A stretch of DNA of 64,000 nt from Planctomycetota bacterium (GCA_038227875.1 JBBRPR010000008.1:96001-160000), one strand, 5' to 3'. Counted from the stretch's first letter, positions 46,555 through 57,060 are shown. Notes: a model not told the origin generated them from the sequence alone. Numbers and translations are program-made.

Positions 46555-47973
46555 ATGGCCGATTCGGCTCAGGGTGTTGAAAGCATTCCGGCGCACAGTC
46601 AGGCGCGGTGGCGCGATGTGTTTCATAAGGACGAGGTGATTCAGCGCATCCGGCCGGCGGAGTCGTTTGCATATTTGCCCAACCCGCACCGTGGGACGAC
46701 TACGTTTCAGCGCTTCAACGGCGATGAACTTTATCCTGGACTGCATTGGGACGACAGCAAGGGGCCGGAGACGTTCAAACCCTTCGACGGCAAGCTGGCC
46801 AATCCCAACTACCCCGACACCACGCTCTCGTACTGCCGCTGGCTCTGGTCGGTGCTCGAACCCCAAAAGGGCAAGTACCGTTGGGACATCATCGACGGCA
46901 CGCTGGAAGCGGCGCGCGTGCGCGGACAGACAGTGCAGATGCGCATCCAGCCGTACATCGGGCCGGATATTCCGGCCTGGTTTTTCGAACTTGGCGGGAA
47001 GATCGATCCCAAGTCCGATCCCAAACGCAAGGAACCAGAACACAATCACCCGGCGTACTTGAAGCACTTCGGCGACATCCTCCGCGCTTTCGCCAAGCGC
47101 TACGACGGGCATCCGTACCTTGAAAGCTTCGACATCGCCTACGGCGGCCCGTGCGGCGAATGCGGCGGCAACACCACGCGCGCGACAGCCAAAAAACTCG
47201 TCGACGTCTACGTCAAAGCGTTCAAGAAGACGCCGCTCATCTCGATGCTCGGCACATTCGGCTGCGCATACGCGTCGAAGTTCAATAAGATCGGCTGGCG
47301 CGCCGATTGTTACGGTGACATGCGCATCGAAGGCGGCGGACACGTGCCCGATGGCCTGAACTGGAACCACATGTTCGACGCCTATCCGAAGGAGATTGCG
47401 GAAAACGGCGTGGCGGAAACCTGGAAGACCGCGCCCGTGACGATGGAGACCTGCTGGACGGTAGGCTACTGGGAGAGTAAAGGCTGGGACGTCGATTGGA
47501 TTCTCGAGCAGGGCTTGAAATACCATACGACCGTCTTCATGCCGAAGTCGAGCTTTATCCCCGACCGGTGGCGCGAAAAAATCGACGCGTGGGACCGCCG
47601 GCTCGGTTACCGCTTCGTGCTGCGCCAGATCAACTTGCCGCTGGAAGCGAAACCCGGCGCGCGCATTCCGTTCTGGTACTGGGTTGAGAACATCGGCGTC
47701 GCGCCGATCTACCGCCCCTACGTGCTGGCGCTGCGTTTCCGCCAGGGAAAGCAGAGCCACATCGCGAAAATCAAGACGGACATTCGCACCTGGCTGCCTG
47801 GCGACTCGGTTCTCGGCGGCAATGTCGCTTTCCCGAAGGAACTCCGCCGCGGCGAAGTGGACGTGGACATCGCGATCCTCGACGAAAAAGCGCAGAAGCC
47901 CAAAGTGCTCTTCGCGATGAAAGCCTGCGGCAATGACGGCTGGCATCCGTTGGGGAAAATGGATGTGGTGTGA
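46555..47973 (+). CDS. DUF4832-domain / beta-galactosidase-like glycoside hydrolase, no signal peptide
   Basis: NPHRG, WSVLEPQKGKYRW, KRYDGHP, LGYRFVL, ENIGVAPIY. Confidence 0.7.
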   Translation: MADSAQGVESIPAHSQARWRDVFHKDEVIQRIRPAESFAYLPNPHRGTTTFQRFNGDELYPGLHWDDSKGPETFKPFDGKLANPNYPDTTLSYCRWLWSVLEPQKGKYRWDIIDGTLEAARVRGQTVQMRIQPYIGPDIPAWFFELGGKIDPKSDPKRKEPEHNHPAYLKHFGDILRAFAKRYDGHPYLESFDIAYGGPCGECGGNTTRATAKKLVDVYVKAFKKTPLISMLGTFGCAYASKFNKIGWRADCYGDMRIEGGGHVPDGLNWNHMFDAYPKEIAENGVAETWKTAPVTMETCWTVGYWESKGWDVDWILEQGLKYHTTVFMPKSSFIPDRWREKIDAWDRRLGYRFVLRQINLPLEAKPGARIPFWYWVENIGVAPIYRPYVLALRFRQGKQSHIAKIKTDIRTWLPGDSVLGGNVAFPKELRRGEVDVDIAILDEKAQKPKVLFAMKACGNDGWHPLGKMDVV

Positions 47974-47988
47974 GGCGTCGGAGAGTTT

Positions 47989-49368
47989 CTACTGGCCGGC
48001 GATCAGTTCAACGTCGTCGATGTAACACTCGCCGACGCCATATCCCCAGAATTCGAGGCGCGAGATGCGCGAACCGACGGGGATTTTGACGGGTTGTTGA
48101 TTGTCGTCTTTGAAATCGCTGAGGGTCAATTCCACGGAGGTCCACGCGCCTTTTTTGGGATCGCGGTTGGTTACTTTGCAGTACTTCGCGTCATCAGTCC
48201 CCGGTGGAATAAAACCCACCACGGTATCGGTGGACAGATGCGTATTGAAATAGGAAAAGCGCACTTTCATACCTTCCGTAGCCACGGCAAGGGTGGTGGT
48301 TTTATAAATGGGTGAGGTATTGGGGTAGGCGTATGGGTAGATGCCGCCGCGGGTATCATTGCCGCTTCCCGCACCCAATTTCAACGCTTTGCCGGGCCGG
48401 TTGCCGGGCAGACTTCCCGTGACGGTTCCAAAGTTAATGCCGTATGCAGTGGTCTCGAAGTCCTCTTTGAACGCCGAGGAGCCCGCGGCCACCGCCGCCG
48501 GTGGTGCCTCTGGCGTGACTGCTGCAGGCGGAGCTGGAGGCGGTGGCGGAGGCGCGTTCGCAGCCTCTTCGGCTTTCTTCAATCCCGAGAGCATCGCGCG
48601 GGCACGCGCGGCAGCCAGCGTATCCGGATTGGCATCCTTCACGAACTGGTCGAGCTGCTTGATTTTTCCAGCGGCGTCTTCCTTGGCGATGGCGAGGAGC
48701 ACCTTGTCGTAGGCCCCCTGTGCAATCGCTTCGGGATCGGTCTTGGAATTCGAACCACCCATCCCGGCGGGCGCGGCAAGCGGCGGGGGTGGGGGCGGTG
48801 GTGGTGGAGTTTGTGGCTGAGGTAATGCGTCACCAGTTTGGCGCGCCGAAGCGGTACGAGTATCTTCGACGCGTCGCGTGTTGGTGGATTCCACCGTGGT
48901 TTCCGTGCGGGTGGCCGTGCCGCTGGCCGCACTGCTGGTCGTGCTTGAGGATTGCGCGGCTTTCTTTTCCGTCTTGTCCCCAGAGAACATGAACACCAGG
49001 CCGACGAGCATCACAAATCCACCGGCGATGCCCAGGCCGATGATCATGTTGTTCTGCCGCGAGGCTTCGGACGTCCGCGGCGGCGGCTTCTCGGTGTTGA
49101 TCTGCGTTTTCTTATGCGTGCGGGGCGGTGTCGCGTTGGGCAGCGGAACAGGACCTGGCACGTACCCATGCGCGTGCCCGTGTGCGGGATGAGGTGCCAC
49201 GGTGATGCCATCGCCCGAGGGCCGTTTGGAAACGCCGGTCAACGCCGGCAATGGAACGGCCGACGGCCGGCACTTATCGCAGCGCACCTTGCCGTCGTCG
49301 GTCAGACCGCGCGTGACTTCATTTGTCGGAACGCGGATCCCGCAGTCGTCGCAATACACGATTTCCAT
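47989..49368 (-). CDS. Zn-ribbon, TM, Pro-rich linker, CBM-like domain protein
   Basis: MEIVYCDDCG...RCDKC; TM IIGLGIAGGFVMLVGLVFMF; C-terminal EDFE...GAWT...LSDF...YIDDVEL. Confidence 0.75.
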   Translation of the reverse strand: MEIVYCDDCGIRVPTNEVTRGLTDDGKVRCDKCRPSAVPLPALTGVSKRPSGDGITVAPHPAHGHAHGYVPGPVPLPNATPPRTHKKTQINTEKPPPRTSEASRQNNMIIGLGIAGGFVMLVGLVFMFSGDKTEKKAAQSSSTTSSAASGTATRTETTVESTNTRRVEDTRTASARQTGDALPQPQTPPPPPPPPPLAAPAGMGGSNSKTDPEAIAQGAYDKVLLAIAKEDAAGKIKQLDQFVKDANPDTLAAARARAMLSGLKKAEEAANAPPPPPPAPPAAVTPEAPPAAVAAGSSAFKEDFETTAYGINFGTVTGSLPGNRPGKALKLGAGSGNDTRGGIYPYAYPNTSPIYKTTTLAVATEGMKVRFSYFNTHLSTDTVVGFIPPGTDDAKYCKVTNRDPKKGAWTSVELTLSDFKDDNQQPVKIPVGSRISRLEFWGYGVGECYIDDVELIAGQ

Positions 49369-49610
49369 GCTTTTAGAAAGCATAGTCGGCGCACGAACAG
49401 GCACAATCATTCAACTTCAGAATTTTCCAGGCCGCGCCTCTCCAGCTCTCATTGGATCAACGCACTGGGTTGAGGGGAAAAAAGTAAAATGCAGCACTGC
49501 TCATGTGCTCTTTGCAGTCCATTGAATGATCGTTCAGCTCCGGCGTCTATCGTTGTAAGAACTCTGTCCCGGCGCTACAGTGACGGGCCACCGTTCGAAG
49601 GAGGTGCCGA

Positions 49611-50654
49611 ATGCGTTTTGTGCTTACGATCCTGCTGGCAGTTCTGCTGCTCCCTGCGTTTTCGCGCGCCGAAGAAGCGCGCATCTCCGAAGAATTCGCG
49701 GACGGGTCCGGGTTTTCGTACCAGGCGCCCAGCGGCTGGAAGGTGATGGGTCGCGAAGGCCAGCCCTTCAAAGTGGTGCTGAATGAGGCCGCTGCCGTCG
49801 ACGGTCTGGCTCCGAACATCATGATCAAAGACGGCGTATTTCCGGGCACGATGGAAGCCTTCGCCGAACAGACGCGCGCGGGATTTAAAAAAGCCTATCC
49901 TAATTTCAATGAACTCGGCGCAGACATGCTGCACACCGAAGGCGGCGCTGATTTCATCCGCATCACCGCGACCAATGAACTCAAAGGCCACAAAGTCCGG
50001 CAGACCTATTTCCTCTATGATGGGCCCCGCAACATCAAACTCGCGATGACCGTGACCGTGCCGGTTACAGTGGCCGAACGCTTCGATGGCGTGCTGGAAA
50101 TCACTGCCAAGAGTTTCCGCTTCGAATCCGGAATCGTCGTCAGCACCGTGCTCTCGTCTCACTTCGCCGACATGATGAAACGGATGGTCGATCAAATTAA
50201 GACCAGCGGCGAACTGGGTAAGGATCCCACCGACGACGTGATCAAGCTCAAGGCGCTCGATCCCGTTTTCACCGGCCTGACGTCCGAGCATGCACTGGAA
50301 GTGACCAAGCCCCAGGAACGCGATTTCGTGGCGGGAAAATTTCTGGAAGAAAGCAATCAGAAGATTCTCAACGACCTCTGTTCCTTCATCGAAGTCTTCA
50401 AGACGGAGAAGCCGGTCGCGGCGAAGTTCGTGATTGCGGAGCAGAAGGCCGGCAAGCTCAAAGGCGCCGATGTCGAAGTCGGCATCCGCATCATGAAGTG
50501 GAGTTTGAACAAACTGAAGGAATCGCTGAAGGTCAATCAGCAGACGAAGGATCTCGAACATCCCGACCCGGCCGTCGGGCCGAAAACTCCGCCGATTCCG
50601 CCGCTGGCTCCGTCCGTGGCGCCTGCGCCGAATGCGCCGCCTCCGTCCAAGTAA
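49611..50654 (+). CDS. Secreted hypothetical protein (PsbP/DcrB-like N-terminal domain)
   Basis: RBS GGAGG, signal peptide, GFSYQAPSGW...APNI...SFRF. Confidence 0.65.
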   Translation: MRFVLTILLAVLLLPAFSRAEEARISEEFADGSGFSYQAPSGWKVMGREGQPFKVVLNEAAAVDGLAPNIMIKDGVFPGTMEAFAEQTRAGFKKAYPNFNELGADMLHTEGGADFIRITATNELKGHKVRQTYFLYDGPRNIKLAMTVTVPVTVAERFDGVLEITAKSFRFESGIVVSTVLSSHFADMMKRMVDQIKTSGELGKDPTDDVIKLKALDPVFTGLTSEHALEVTKPQERDFVAGKFLEESNQKILNDLCSFIEVFKTEKPVAAKFVIAEQKAGKLKGADVEVGIRIMKWSLNKLKESLKVNQQTKDLEHPDPAVGPKTPPIPPLAPSVAPAPNAPPPSK

Positions 50655-50690
50655 GTCCCAGCGCCGCAGCGACAGCATGAAAGGCCGTGA

Positions 50691-52676
50691 ATGCCGTTTC
50701 GCCACCGCTTGCGTTTGATGCTGCCGCCGCTGCTGGTGGTACTTGTGAGCCTCTGTCTGCCCGCCGCCGCATTGACACTCGCCGCCGCAAGCTGGAACGA
50801 CATGCTGCAGATGGCCGACCGCGTTGTCTCCGCGCGCGTGGCCAGCGTGCAGGCTGAAGCGACTTCCGAACCCGGGGCGCACGGCATCTGTACGCGTGTG
50901 CGGTTGACGGATGTCTCAGTGCTCTCTGGAAAAGCAGAGCGCACTTCCATTGATCTAATTCTGCCGGGTGGAACGCTCGGCCATCGCCAGCTTCGCGTAC
51001 CTGGCGCGCCCGCGTTCGTGGCGGGAGAAACGGCGGTGCTGTTTCTGCGCACCGCCGATGAGCCCGGAGCGTACCATCTCTGTGGCTACGGCATGGGCGT
51101 GCTGCGCGTGAGAAACGATGGCGTCGTCATTCCTGATCTGCCCGTCGAAAACGGTCCGCCCTCGTCGGGCGAAACGCTGAACGATTTTCTCCAGCGCTTC
51201 CCGCTCGCCTCCGGGACTGCCGTGCCGCCCGCAGCGGTCACTACGCCGGCGCATTCGCAATTCGTCGGCTGGAGTGGCCTCGCGGTACTCTCCGCGCTGT
51301 TGCTGGCGCTGGGGATCGTGCTGCGCAGACGCCGTCGCTCCCCGCTGATTGCGGTGATACTCGGCGCGCTGCTGAGTGCGCTGCTTCCCGCGCCGCGTAT
51401 TTTGGCTGATGCGGCCTCGCGAGCCCCGTTTAACTATACGCTCGAAGGCTCGCACTGGGATCTCAACGCGCCGTTGATTGATCGCATCTCCGCAGGGCGT
51501 ATTCTCTGGTTTCAAGGCAAGACGACCAAAGATCTCAGTGCCGCTGCCGCATTTGGAACCATTGCGGCGTCATTTCAGCAGTGGGAAGACGTACCGGCTT
51601 CCGCGGTCGCGTTTCGCATGGCCGGATTATCCGTCGACGCAGGCAGCGCCGACGATCAGCGCAACGTCGTTTCGTTCCTGATCAAACCGCCGCGTTCCGG
51701 TTTCGATACCCGTACGCTGGCGCTCACGTATCTGCTCGGCGATGCCTCCGGCACCACGTTTACCGACACGGATACCGTCTTTAACGACAAGGACATTACG
51801 TGGGTTGTTTCCGGGGCGCGCTACTCGCTGGACGTGGTCTCGCTCCACGAGATCGGCCACGTCATCGGCCTTGGTCACAGTACGAGCTTATCCGACGCGA
51901 TGTATCCGGTGGCGCAGGGCGTCAACGTCTTGAGCGACTCCGACAAAGCCGGCGCGGTGGTGCTCTATCCGCTCAACACCGTCGTGCCGATCACCTCGGC
52001 ATATGCGTGTCCACGGCTGGGCGCAGCACCGCTCTCGGTTGCGTTTTCCTCAGACGGCACGACCGCCGGCACCGGCGTGCCCTTGACCGTGCAGTGGGAT
52101 TTTGGCGATGGCACGCCGGTCTCGTCGGAACTCAATCCGACTCACGTTTACACCGCACCGGGAACATACACCGCCCGGCTGACGATCCCGGGCGTTCCAC
52201 TGGCGCCACCCAGCTTGACGTTGATTCGCGTCAACGCGCCGACCGGCAGCCCAACACTCAAGAAATTCCAATATCAGGTCTCGCTGCTGGCGGCCGCACG
52301 CGGTAGAGACACGGTCAGCGCCACGGTCGACGGAGTGAACTTCACCTCTGGCGACACGCTAATTGTGATGGTCGGCGGCGTGGCGCTCTCGTCGCAGTCG
52401 GTAGCTGGCGGAACGCTCGCAACGAATTTCAATCCCGCCAAACGTGAATTGAAATTGCAGCTCAACGGCGCGGCGCTAGGACGCACGTTTGATTTCCGCG
52501 ACCGCAGCAGCACGGCGAAAGCGGGGATCGTTACGCTGCCGTTCGACCTTCTGGTGACGCATGCCGATCAGTCCGTGACGCTTTACGACACTACGGTAAC
52601 ATTCAATTTCACCGTGAAGACCGGGAGGACGGCCACTGGCATCGTGGAAAAATCCATTCAGGCGAAGAAGCGCTAA
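50691..52676 (+). CDS. Matrixin-family (M10-like) zinc metalloprotease with PKD domain
   Basis: HEIGHVIGLGH plus Met-turn DAMYP; PKD WDFGDG...PTHVY..PGTY. Confidence 0.88.
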   Translation: MPFRHRLRLMLPPLLVVLVSLCLPAAALTLAAASWNDMLQMADRVVSARVASVQAEATSEPGAHGICTRVRLTDVSVLSGKAERTSIDLILPGGTLGHRQLRVPGAPAFVAGETAVLFLRTADEPGAYHLCGYGMGVLRVRNDGVVIPDLPVENGPPSSGETLNDFLQRFPLASGTAVPPAAVTTPAHSQFVGWSGLAVLSALLLALGIVLRRRRRSPLIAVILGALLSALLPAPRILADAASRAPFNYTLEGSHWDLNAPLIDRISAGRILWFQGKTTKDLSAAAAFGTIAASFQQWEDVPASAVAFRMAGLSVDAGSADDQRNVVSFLIKPPRSGFDTRTLALTYLLGDASGTTFTDTDTVFNDKDITWVVSGARYSLDVVSLHEIGHVIGLGHSTSLSDAMYPVAQGVNVLSDSDKAGAVVLYPLNTVVPITSAYACPRLGAAPLSVAFSSDGTTAGTGVPLTVQWDFGDGTPVSSELNPTHVYTAPGTYTARLTIPGVPLAPPSLTLIRVNAPTGSPTLKKFQYQVSLLAAARGRDTVSATVDGVNFTSGDTLIVMVGGVALSSQSVAGGTLATNFNPAKRELKLQLNGAALGRTFDFRDRSSTAKAGIVTLPFDLLVTHADQSVTLYDTTVTFNFTVKTGRTATGIVEKSIQAKKR

Positions 52677-52678
52677 CC

Positions 52679-53197
52679 ATGGCCATCTCATCCGCATTGC
52701 GCGCCGCCTATGATCGCGCCTTGACGCAAAGCAATGCGAATCTTGCGCTGGCTGCCGACGACGCGCTGCTGACGAAGAAAGTCGACCGCATTTCGCACTG
52801 GACCGTCGCGCAGCATCTGGAGCACATCGCGCTGGTGAATCTGGGCATCATCACGCGCGTTCACGAAGCCCTTAAGACCACGCCGGAGAATTCCAGCGGC
52901 CGCGTCTCGTTGCTGGGTTGCGTGGTGTTGTGGACGGGCACGATTCCGCGCGGCCGCGGCAAGGCGCCGGTGCCGACGATGCCGCAACTCACATCCTTCG
53001 AAGACGTTCGCAAGAAACTGACCGCCGCGCGGGAAACCCTGGTCGCGCTGGAAGCTCAGTTGCCGGAAGTTCAAACCGCGCGAGGCCGGAGTCCTCACCC
53101 GGCCCTGGGCATGTTCACCGCCGCGCATTGGGTGCGCTTCATTCCGATTCACACGCATCATCACGATAAAATCGTTCACGAAATCCGCCACGCATGA
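52679..53197 (+). CDS. DinB-superfamily protein
   Basis: WTVAQHLEH, HPALG, HTHHH. Confidence 0.85.
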   Translation: MAISSALRAAYDRALTQSNANLALAADDALLTKKVDRISHWTVAQHLEHIALVNLGIITRVHEALKTTPENSSGRVSLLGCVVLWTGTIPRGRGKAPVPTMPQLTSFEDVRKKLTAARETLVALEAQLPEVQTARGRSPHPALGMFTAAHWVRFIPIHTHHHDKIVHEIRHA

Positions 53198-53613
53198 GCA
53201 CCCCCGCGCCAACACCCCAACCTGCGATGCGCGCTCGAGCCGGAGAGGGCGGGGGCTTGCCCAAGGGGCTCTCGCTCTTCCGCTTCATTCTCTTCAGTTC
53301 GCTGATGCTCGGCGCCGTCTATGGCGGAGTGTCGCTCCATTTCAACACGCCGCCGGCGATCGGCGATACCCCGCCGGGGGGCGTATCGTCGGCCGAGTGG
53401 CAGCCCAATCCCGTCTGGCTGCCGGCGTATGTCGCCTTGAAGACAAATTTGGGGGTGTCGCACACCGTCGCCGGCTATCTATATTCCAGCCGCCTGGGGT
53501 ATGCGCTCCACGCCACGGCGACTCTGGTTCTGGGCATCGCGATGCTGGGGTTGATCGGTTGGTTTGGCGGCGAAGCCGTGCGCAAATGGGCGGTGCGAAA
53601 ACGCTACGAATAG
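53194..53613 (+). CDS. Hypothetical two-TM membrane protein
   Basis: ATGA overlap with the upstream gene; two hydrophobic helices. Confidence 0.7.
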   Translation: MSTPAPTPQPAMRARAGEGGGLPKGLSLFRFILFSSLMLGAVYGGVSLHFNTPPAIGDTPPGGVSSAEWQPNPVWLPAYVALKTNLGVSHTVAGYLYSSRLGYALHATATLVLGIAMLGLIGWFGGEAVRKWAVRKRYE

Positions 53614-53621
53614 GCTTGGGT

Positions 53622-53653
53622 GGAACCCTGGTTCAAATTTGAACAAGGGTTCC
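53622..53653. terminator. Near-perfect palindrome at the operon end
   Basis: GGAACCCTGGTTCAAATTTGAACAAGGGTTCC. Confidence 0.55.
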
Positions 53654-53993
53654 CAGAATCGATAGGAGTCTCGCGGTTCAGCATCGGACTCATGGTAGCA
53701 GTGCTGAAATTGAGTCAGAACGATGTAAAGGAGACTTGGAAGCGACCGATCTAACAGGTAGGGGACAAAATACGCTTGCGTAGAATCACGTTAAGCGTTT
53801 CTAATGAGGCACTTGTGCTCCATATTCAAAAATCAAATAGGTCTAACTGATTTTTTTTATGGAAATGAATACCCATTAAGGTAGCATGAACCTTAGAATG
53901 TAAGGCCACGGGTGCCGTTTTGGGGTCCGCAACCCCTGGTCTGGCCTTAAAAAGATAGGCAAGGCAACCTCATCCAACAGGGGGACACGAGCA

Positions 53994-55853
53994 ATGAGTA
54001 GTACTTTGGCCGCGCAGCCCGCTTCCGCCAAGTCGAAGCCGGCTGGGCAGCCGATCATCAATGACTTCTCCATTCAAGTCGCAACGATGAATGGGTCCGG
54101 CAGCCAGTCTTCCAACAGTGTCCTGATGCGTGCCATCTTTCAGATGGGTATCCCCGTCAGCGGCAAAAATCTGTTCCCATCCAACATCCAGGGTCTTCCG
54201 ACGTGGTTTACCATCCGCGCCAACAAAGACGGCTACATCGGCCGTAAAAAAGAGATCGACATCCTCGTCTGCATGAATCCCGAGACCGCCGTTGACGACG
54301 TCAAGGCGCTGGATCCCGGATCCGTGTGCGTCTATGACGCTCCGTTGCGCCTCAATAAGATTCGCAGCGATGTGGAATTCTACGAAGTTCCCTTCGCCAA
54401 GCTCGCTGCCTCGGTGCCGGACGTCGACCCCAAGATTCGCAAGCTACTGGCCAACATGTGCTACGTCGGCGTGCTTGCGCAGCTGCTCGATATCGAGTTC
54501 CCCGAAATCGAAAAGGCGCTGGCCAAGCAGTTCAAGGGCAAGGCCAAGGCTGTCGGCGTGAACGTGCTCGCGGCGAAAGCCGGCGTGGAGTACGCCCGCG
54601 AAAGCCTGCCGAAGCTCGACCGCTTCAAGCTCCGCCGCATGGACAAAACGGCTGGCAAGATCATCATCGAAGGCAACGCCGCGGCGGCCATCGGCTGTCT
54701 GCTCGGCGGTTGTACGGTGGTGGCCTGGTACCCGATCACGCCGTCTTCCAGCCTGCCGGAAAGCTTCATTCCGCTCGCCCGCAAGTACCGCATGGACCCT
54801 GTCACCGGCAAGGCCACCTACGCGATCGTTCAGGCCGAAGACGAACTGGCCAGCTTAGGCATGGTTCTCGGCGCCGGCTGGGCCGGAGCACGCGCGATGA
54901 CATCGACGTCCGGGCCGGGCATCAGCCTGATGTCGGAATTCGCCGGACTGGCGTACTACGCGGAAATCCCGGCGGTGATCTTCGACGTTCAGCGCGTCGG
55001 ACCGTCGACGGGACTGCCGACCCGCACCATGCAGGGCGACCTGCTCAGCACTGCGTTCTTGAGCCACGGCGACTCCAAGCAGATCATGATGCTGCCGGGC
55101 ACCGTTCAGGAATGCTGCGAGTTCGCGACCGAATCGTTCAACATCGCCGAACAGTTCCAGGCGCCGGTTTTCGTGCTGCTGGACCTGGACCTGGGCATGA
55201 ACAACTGGATGGCCGATCCGTTCCCGTATCCGACCACGCCGATCAACCGCGGCAAGGTCCTCAACGCCGCCGACCTCGAGAAGCTCAAAGCGGCCGGCAA
55301 GACGTTCGAACGTTATCGCGACGTGGACGGCGACGGCATTCCGTACCGCACGCTGCCGGGCACCGAACATCCGATGGCGGCGTACTTCACGCGCGGCAGC
55401 GGACACAACGAGAAGGCGCTCTACAGCGAAAAGCCGCACGATTACGTCAACAACATCGACCGCCTCGCGCGGAAGTACGAGACGGCCAAGAAGGCGCTGC
55501 CTCAGCCCGTGGTCACCGGCGATTCCTCCACGGAAATCGGCGTGATCACCTGCGGCACCACCGACTGCCCGATGAAGGAAGCGACCGATCAGCTCGAAGC
55601 GCAGGGCGTGAAGATCGAATACATGCGCATCCGGGCGTTCCCCTTCGCGGATTCGATTCAGAAGTTCATCGACCGCAAGAAACGCATCTATGTCATCGAA
55701 CAGAACCGCGATGGCCAGTTGCTTGGCCTGTTGAAGCTGGAGATGGCTCCGGAATCGATCGTGAAGCTGCGCAGCATCCGCCACTACGACGGCATGCCGA
55801 TCGACGCGCGGACGATCAGTGACGCGGTCCTGAAGCAGGAAAACAAACGCTAA
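53994..55853 (+). CDS. korA: 2-oxoacid:acceptor oxidoreductase alpha subunit
   Basis: FPSNIQG, WYPITPSS, QAEDE, TSGPG, QRVGPSTGLPT, IEQNRDGQ. Confidence 0.93.
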   Translation: MSSTLAAQPASAKSKPAGQPIINDFSIQVATMNGSGSQSSNSVLMRAIFQMGIPVSGKNLFPSNIQGLPTWFTIRANKDGYIGRKKEIDILVCMNPETAVDDVKALDPGSVCVYDAPLRLNKIRSDVEFYEVPFAKLAASVPDVDPKIRKLLANMCYVGVLAQLLDIEFPEIEKALAKQFKGKAKAVGVNVLAAKAGVEYARESLPKLDRFKLRRMDKTAGKIIIEGNAAAAIGCLLGGCTVVAWYPITPSSSLPESFIPLARKYRMDPVTGKATYAIVQAEDELASLGMVLGAGWAGARAMTSTSGPGISLMSEFAGLAYYAEIPAVIFDVQRVGPSTGLPTRTMQGDLLSTAFLSHGDSKQIMMLPGTVQECCEFATESFNIAEQFQAPVFVLLDLDLGMNNWMADPFPYPTTPINRGKVLNAADLEKLKAAGKTFERYRDVDGDGIPYRTLPGTEHPMAAYFTRGSGHNEKALYSEKPHDYVNNIDRLARKYETAKKALPQPVVTGDSSTEIGVITCGTTDCPMKEATDQLEAQGVKIEYMRIRAFPFADSIQKFIDRKKRIYVIEQNRDGQLLGLLKLEMAPESIVKLRSIRHYDGMPIDARTISDAVLKQENKR

Positions 55854-55927
55854 GAGAGCTGAATTTACTGCCGCAGGCGTTGCGCCTGCCTCAACCTTGA
55901 CGCTTGAAGAAAAGATGGAGTCTTAAA

Positions 55928-56992
55928 ATGCCCGACACAGCAACACCTCCCAAACCGCCGCCGGCGCCGGCACCGAAGACCAATAAGATCGGTCTGTCGG
56001 TCGACGCTTACAAGGGCGCGGAATCCACACTTTGTTCCGGTTGCGGACACGATTCGATCACGTCGCAGATCATCAAGTCGTGCTACGAGACCGGCATTTC
56101 GCCCTACCAGGTCGCGAAGCTCTCCGGCATCGGCTGCTCGTCCAAGACGCCGGCGTACTTCCTCAGTCTCGCGCACGGCTTCAACGCGGTGCACGGCCGC
56201 ATGCCGTCGGTCGCCACCGGCGCCAAGCTGGCCAATCGCAGCCTGCACGTCATCGGCGTCTCCGGCGACGGCGACACGGCCTCGATCGGCATGGGCCAGT
56301 TCGTCCATCTCGTCCGCCGCAATACCGACTGCGTGTACATCATCGAAAACAATGGCGTCTACGGCCTGACCAAGGGCCAGTTCTCCGCGACGGCCGACAT
56401 GGGCTCCGCGCAGAAAAAGGGCGACATTAACGAAATGATCCCGATCGATTGCTGTGGTCTGGCGATCGAACTGGGCTGCACGTTCGTGGCACGCTCGTTC
56501 TCGGCCGACATGAAGCAGCTCAACGCGCTTCTGAAGATCGCGCTGCATCACAAGGGTACCGCGGTGCTGGACGTCGTCTCACCCTGCGTCACGTTCAACA
56601 ATCACGAAGGTTCGACGAAGTCGTACAAGTACGCCAAGGACCATGAAATGGCGCTGCACGACATCGATTTCATCGAACAGTATGAACCGCAGGCGCCCGT
56701 CGACATTCCCGCCGGCGAATTGCGCGAAATCACGATGTACGATGGTTCCAAGGTGCGCCTGAAGAAGCTGGGTGACGATTACGATCCGACCGATCGCAAT
56801 AACGCTATCCAGACGCTGGAAAAGTCGCGCCGCGAAAGCCTGTTCCTCACCGGGTTGCTCTACCTCGACAAAACCCGCCGCCCGTTCGTGGAACAGTGCA
56901 ATCTGATCGACGAACCCCTGGCCACGCTCTCCGCCGACCGCGTCCGCCCGCCAAAGAAGGTGCTGGAAGAGATCATGGCGTCGCTGATGTAA
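55928..56992 (+). CDS. korB: 2-oxoacid:ferredoxin oxidoreductase beta subunit
   Basis: LCSGCGH, SGIGCSSK, HGR, TPP motif GDGD...NN, YGLTKGQ, SPCVTFN. Confidence 0.94.
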   Translation: MPDTATPPKPPPAPAPKTNKIGLSVDAYKGAESTLCSGCGHDSITSQIIKSCYETGISPYQVAKLSGIGCSSKTPAYFLSLAHGFNAVHGRMPSVATGAKLANRSLHVIGVSGDGDTASIGMGQFVHLVRRNTDCVYIIENNGVYGLTKGQFSATADMGSAQKKGDINEMIPIDCCGLAIELGCTFVARSFSADMKQLNALLKIALHHKGTAVLDVVSPCVTFNNHEGSTKSYKYAKDHEMALHDIDFIEQYEPQAPVDIPAGELREITMYDGSKVRLKKLGDDYDPTDRNNAIQTLEKSRRESLFLTGLLYLDKTRRPFVEQCNLIDEPLATLSADRVRPPKKVLEEIMASLM

Positions 56993-57027
56993 TGGAATGT
57001 CGAAGTGCGAATGTCGAATATCGAAAG

Positions 57028-57057
57028 ACTCCCCGCGAAAGCGGGGAGTTTTCTTTT
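57028..57057 (+). terminator. Rho-independent terminator after korB
   Basis: ACTCCCCGC-GAAA-GCGGGGAGT then TTTCTTTT. Confidence 0.85.
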
Positions 57058-57060
57058 ACT

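Noticed and set aside
57026..57057. TCCCCGC-GAAA-GCGGGGA resembles a type I-E CRISPR repeat
   Set aside because: Single copy, GNRA loop, extended stem and U-tract right after the korB stop: an intrinsic terminator.
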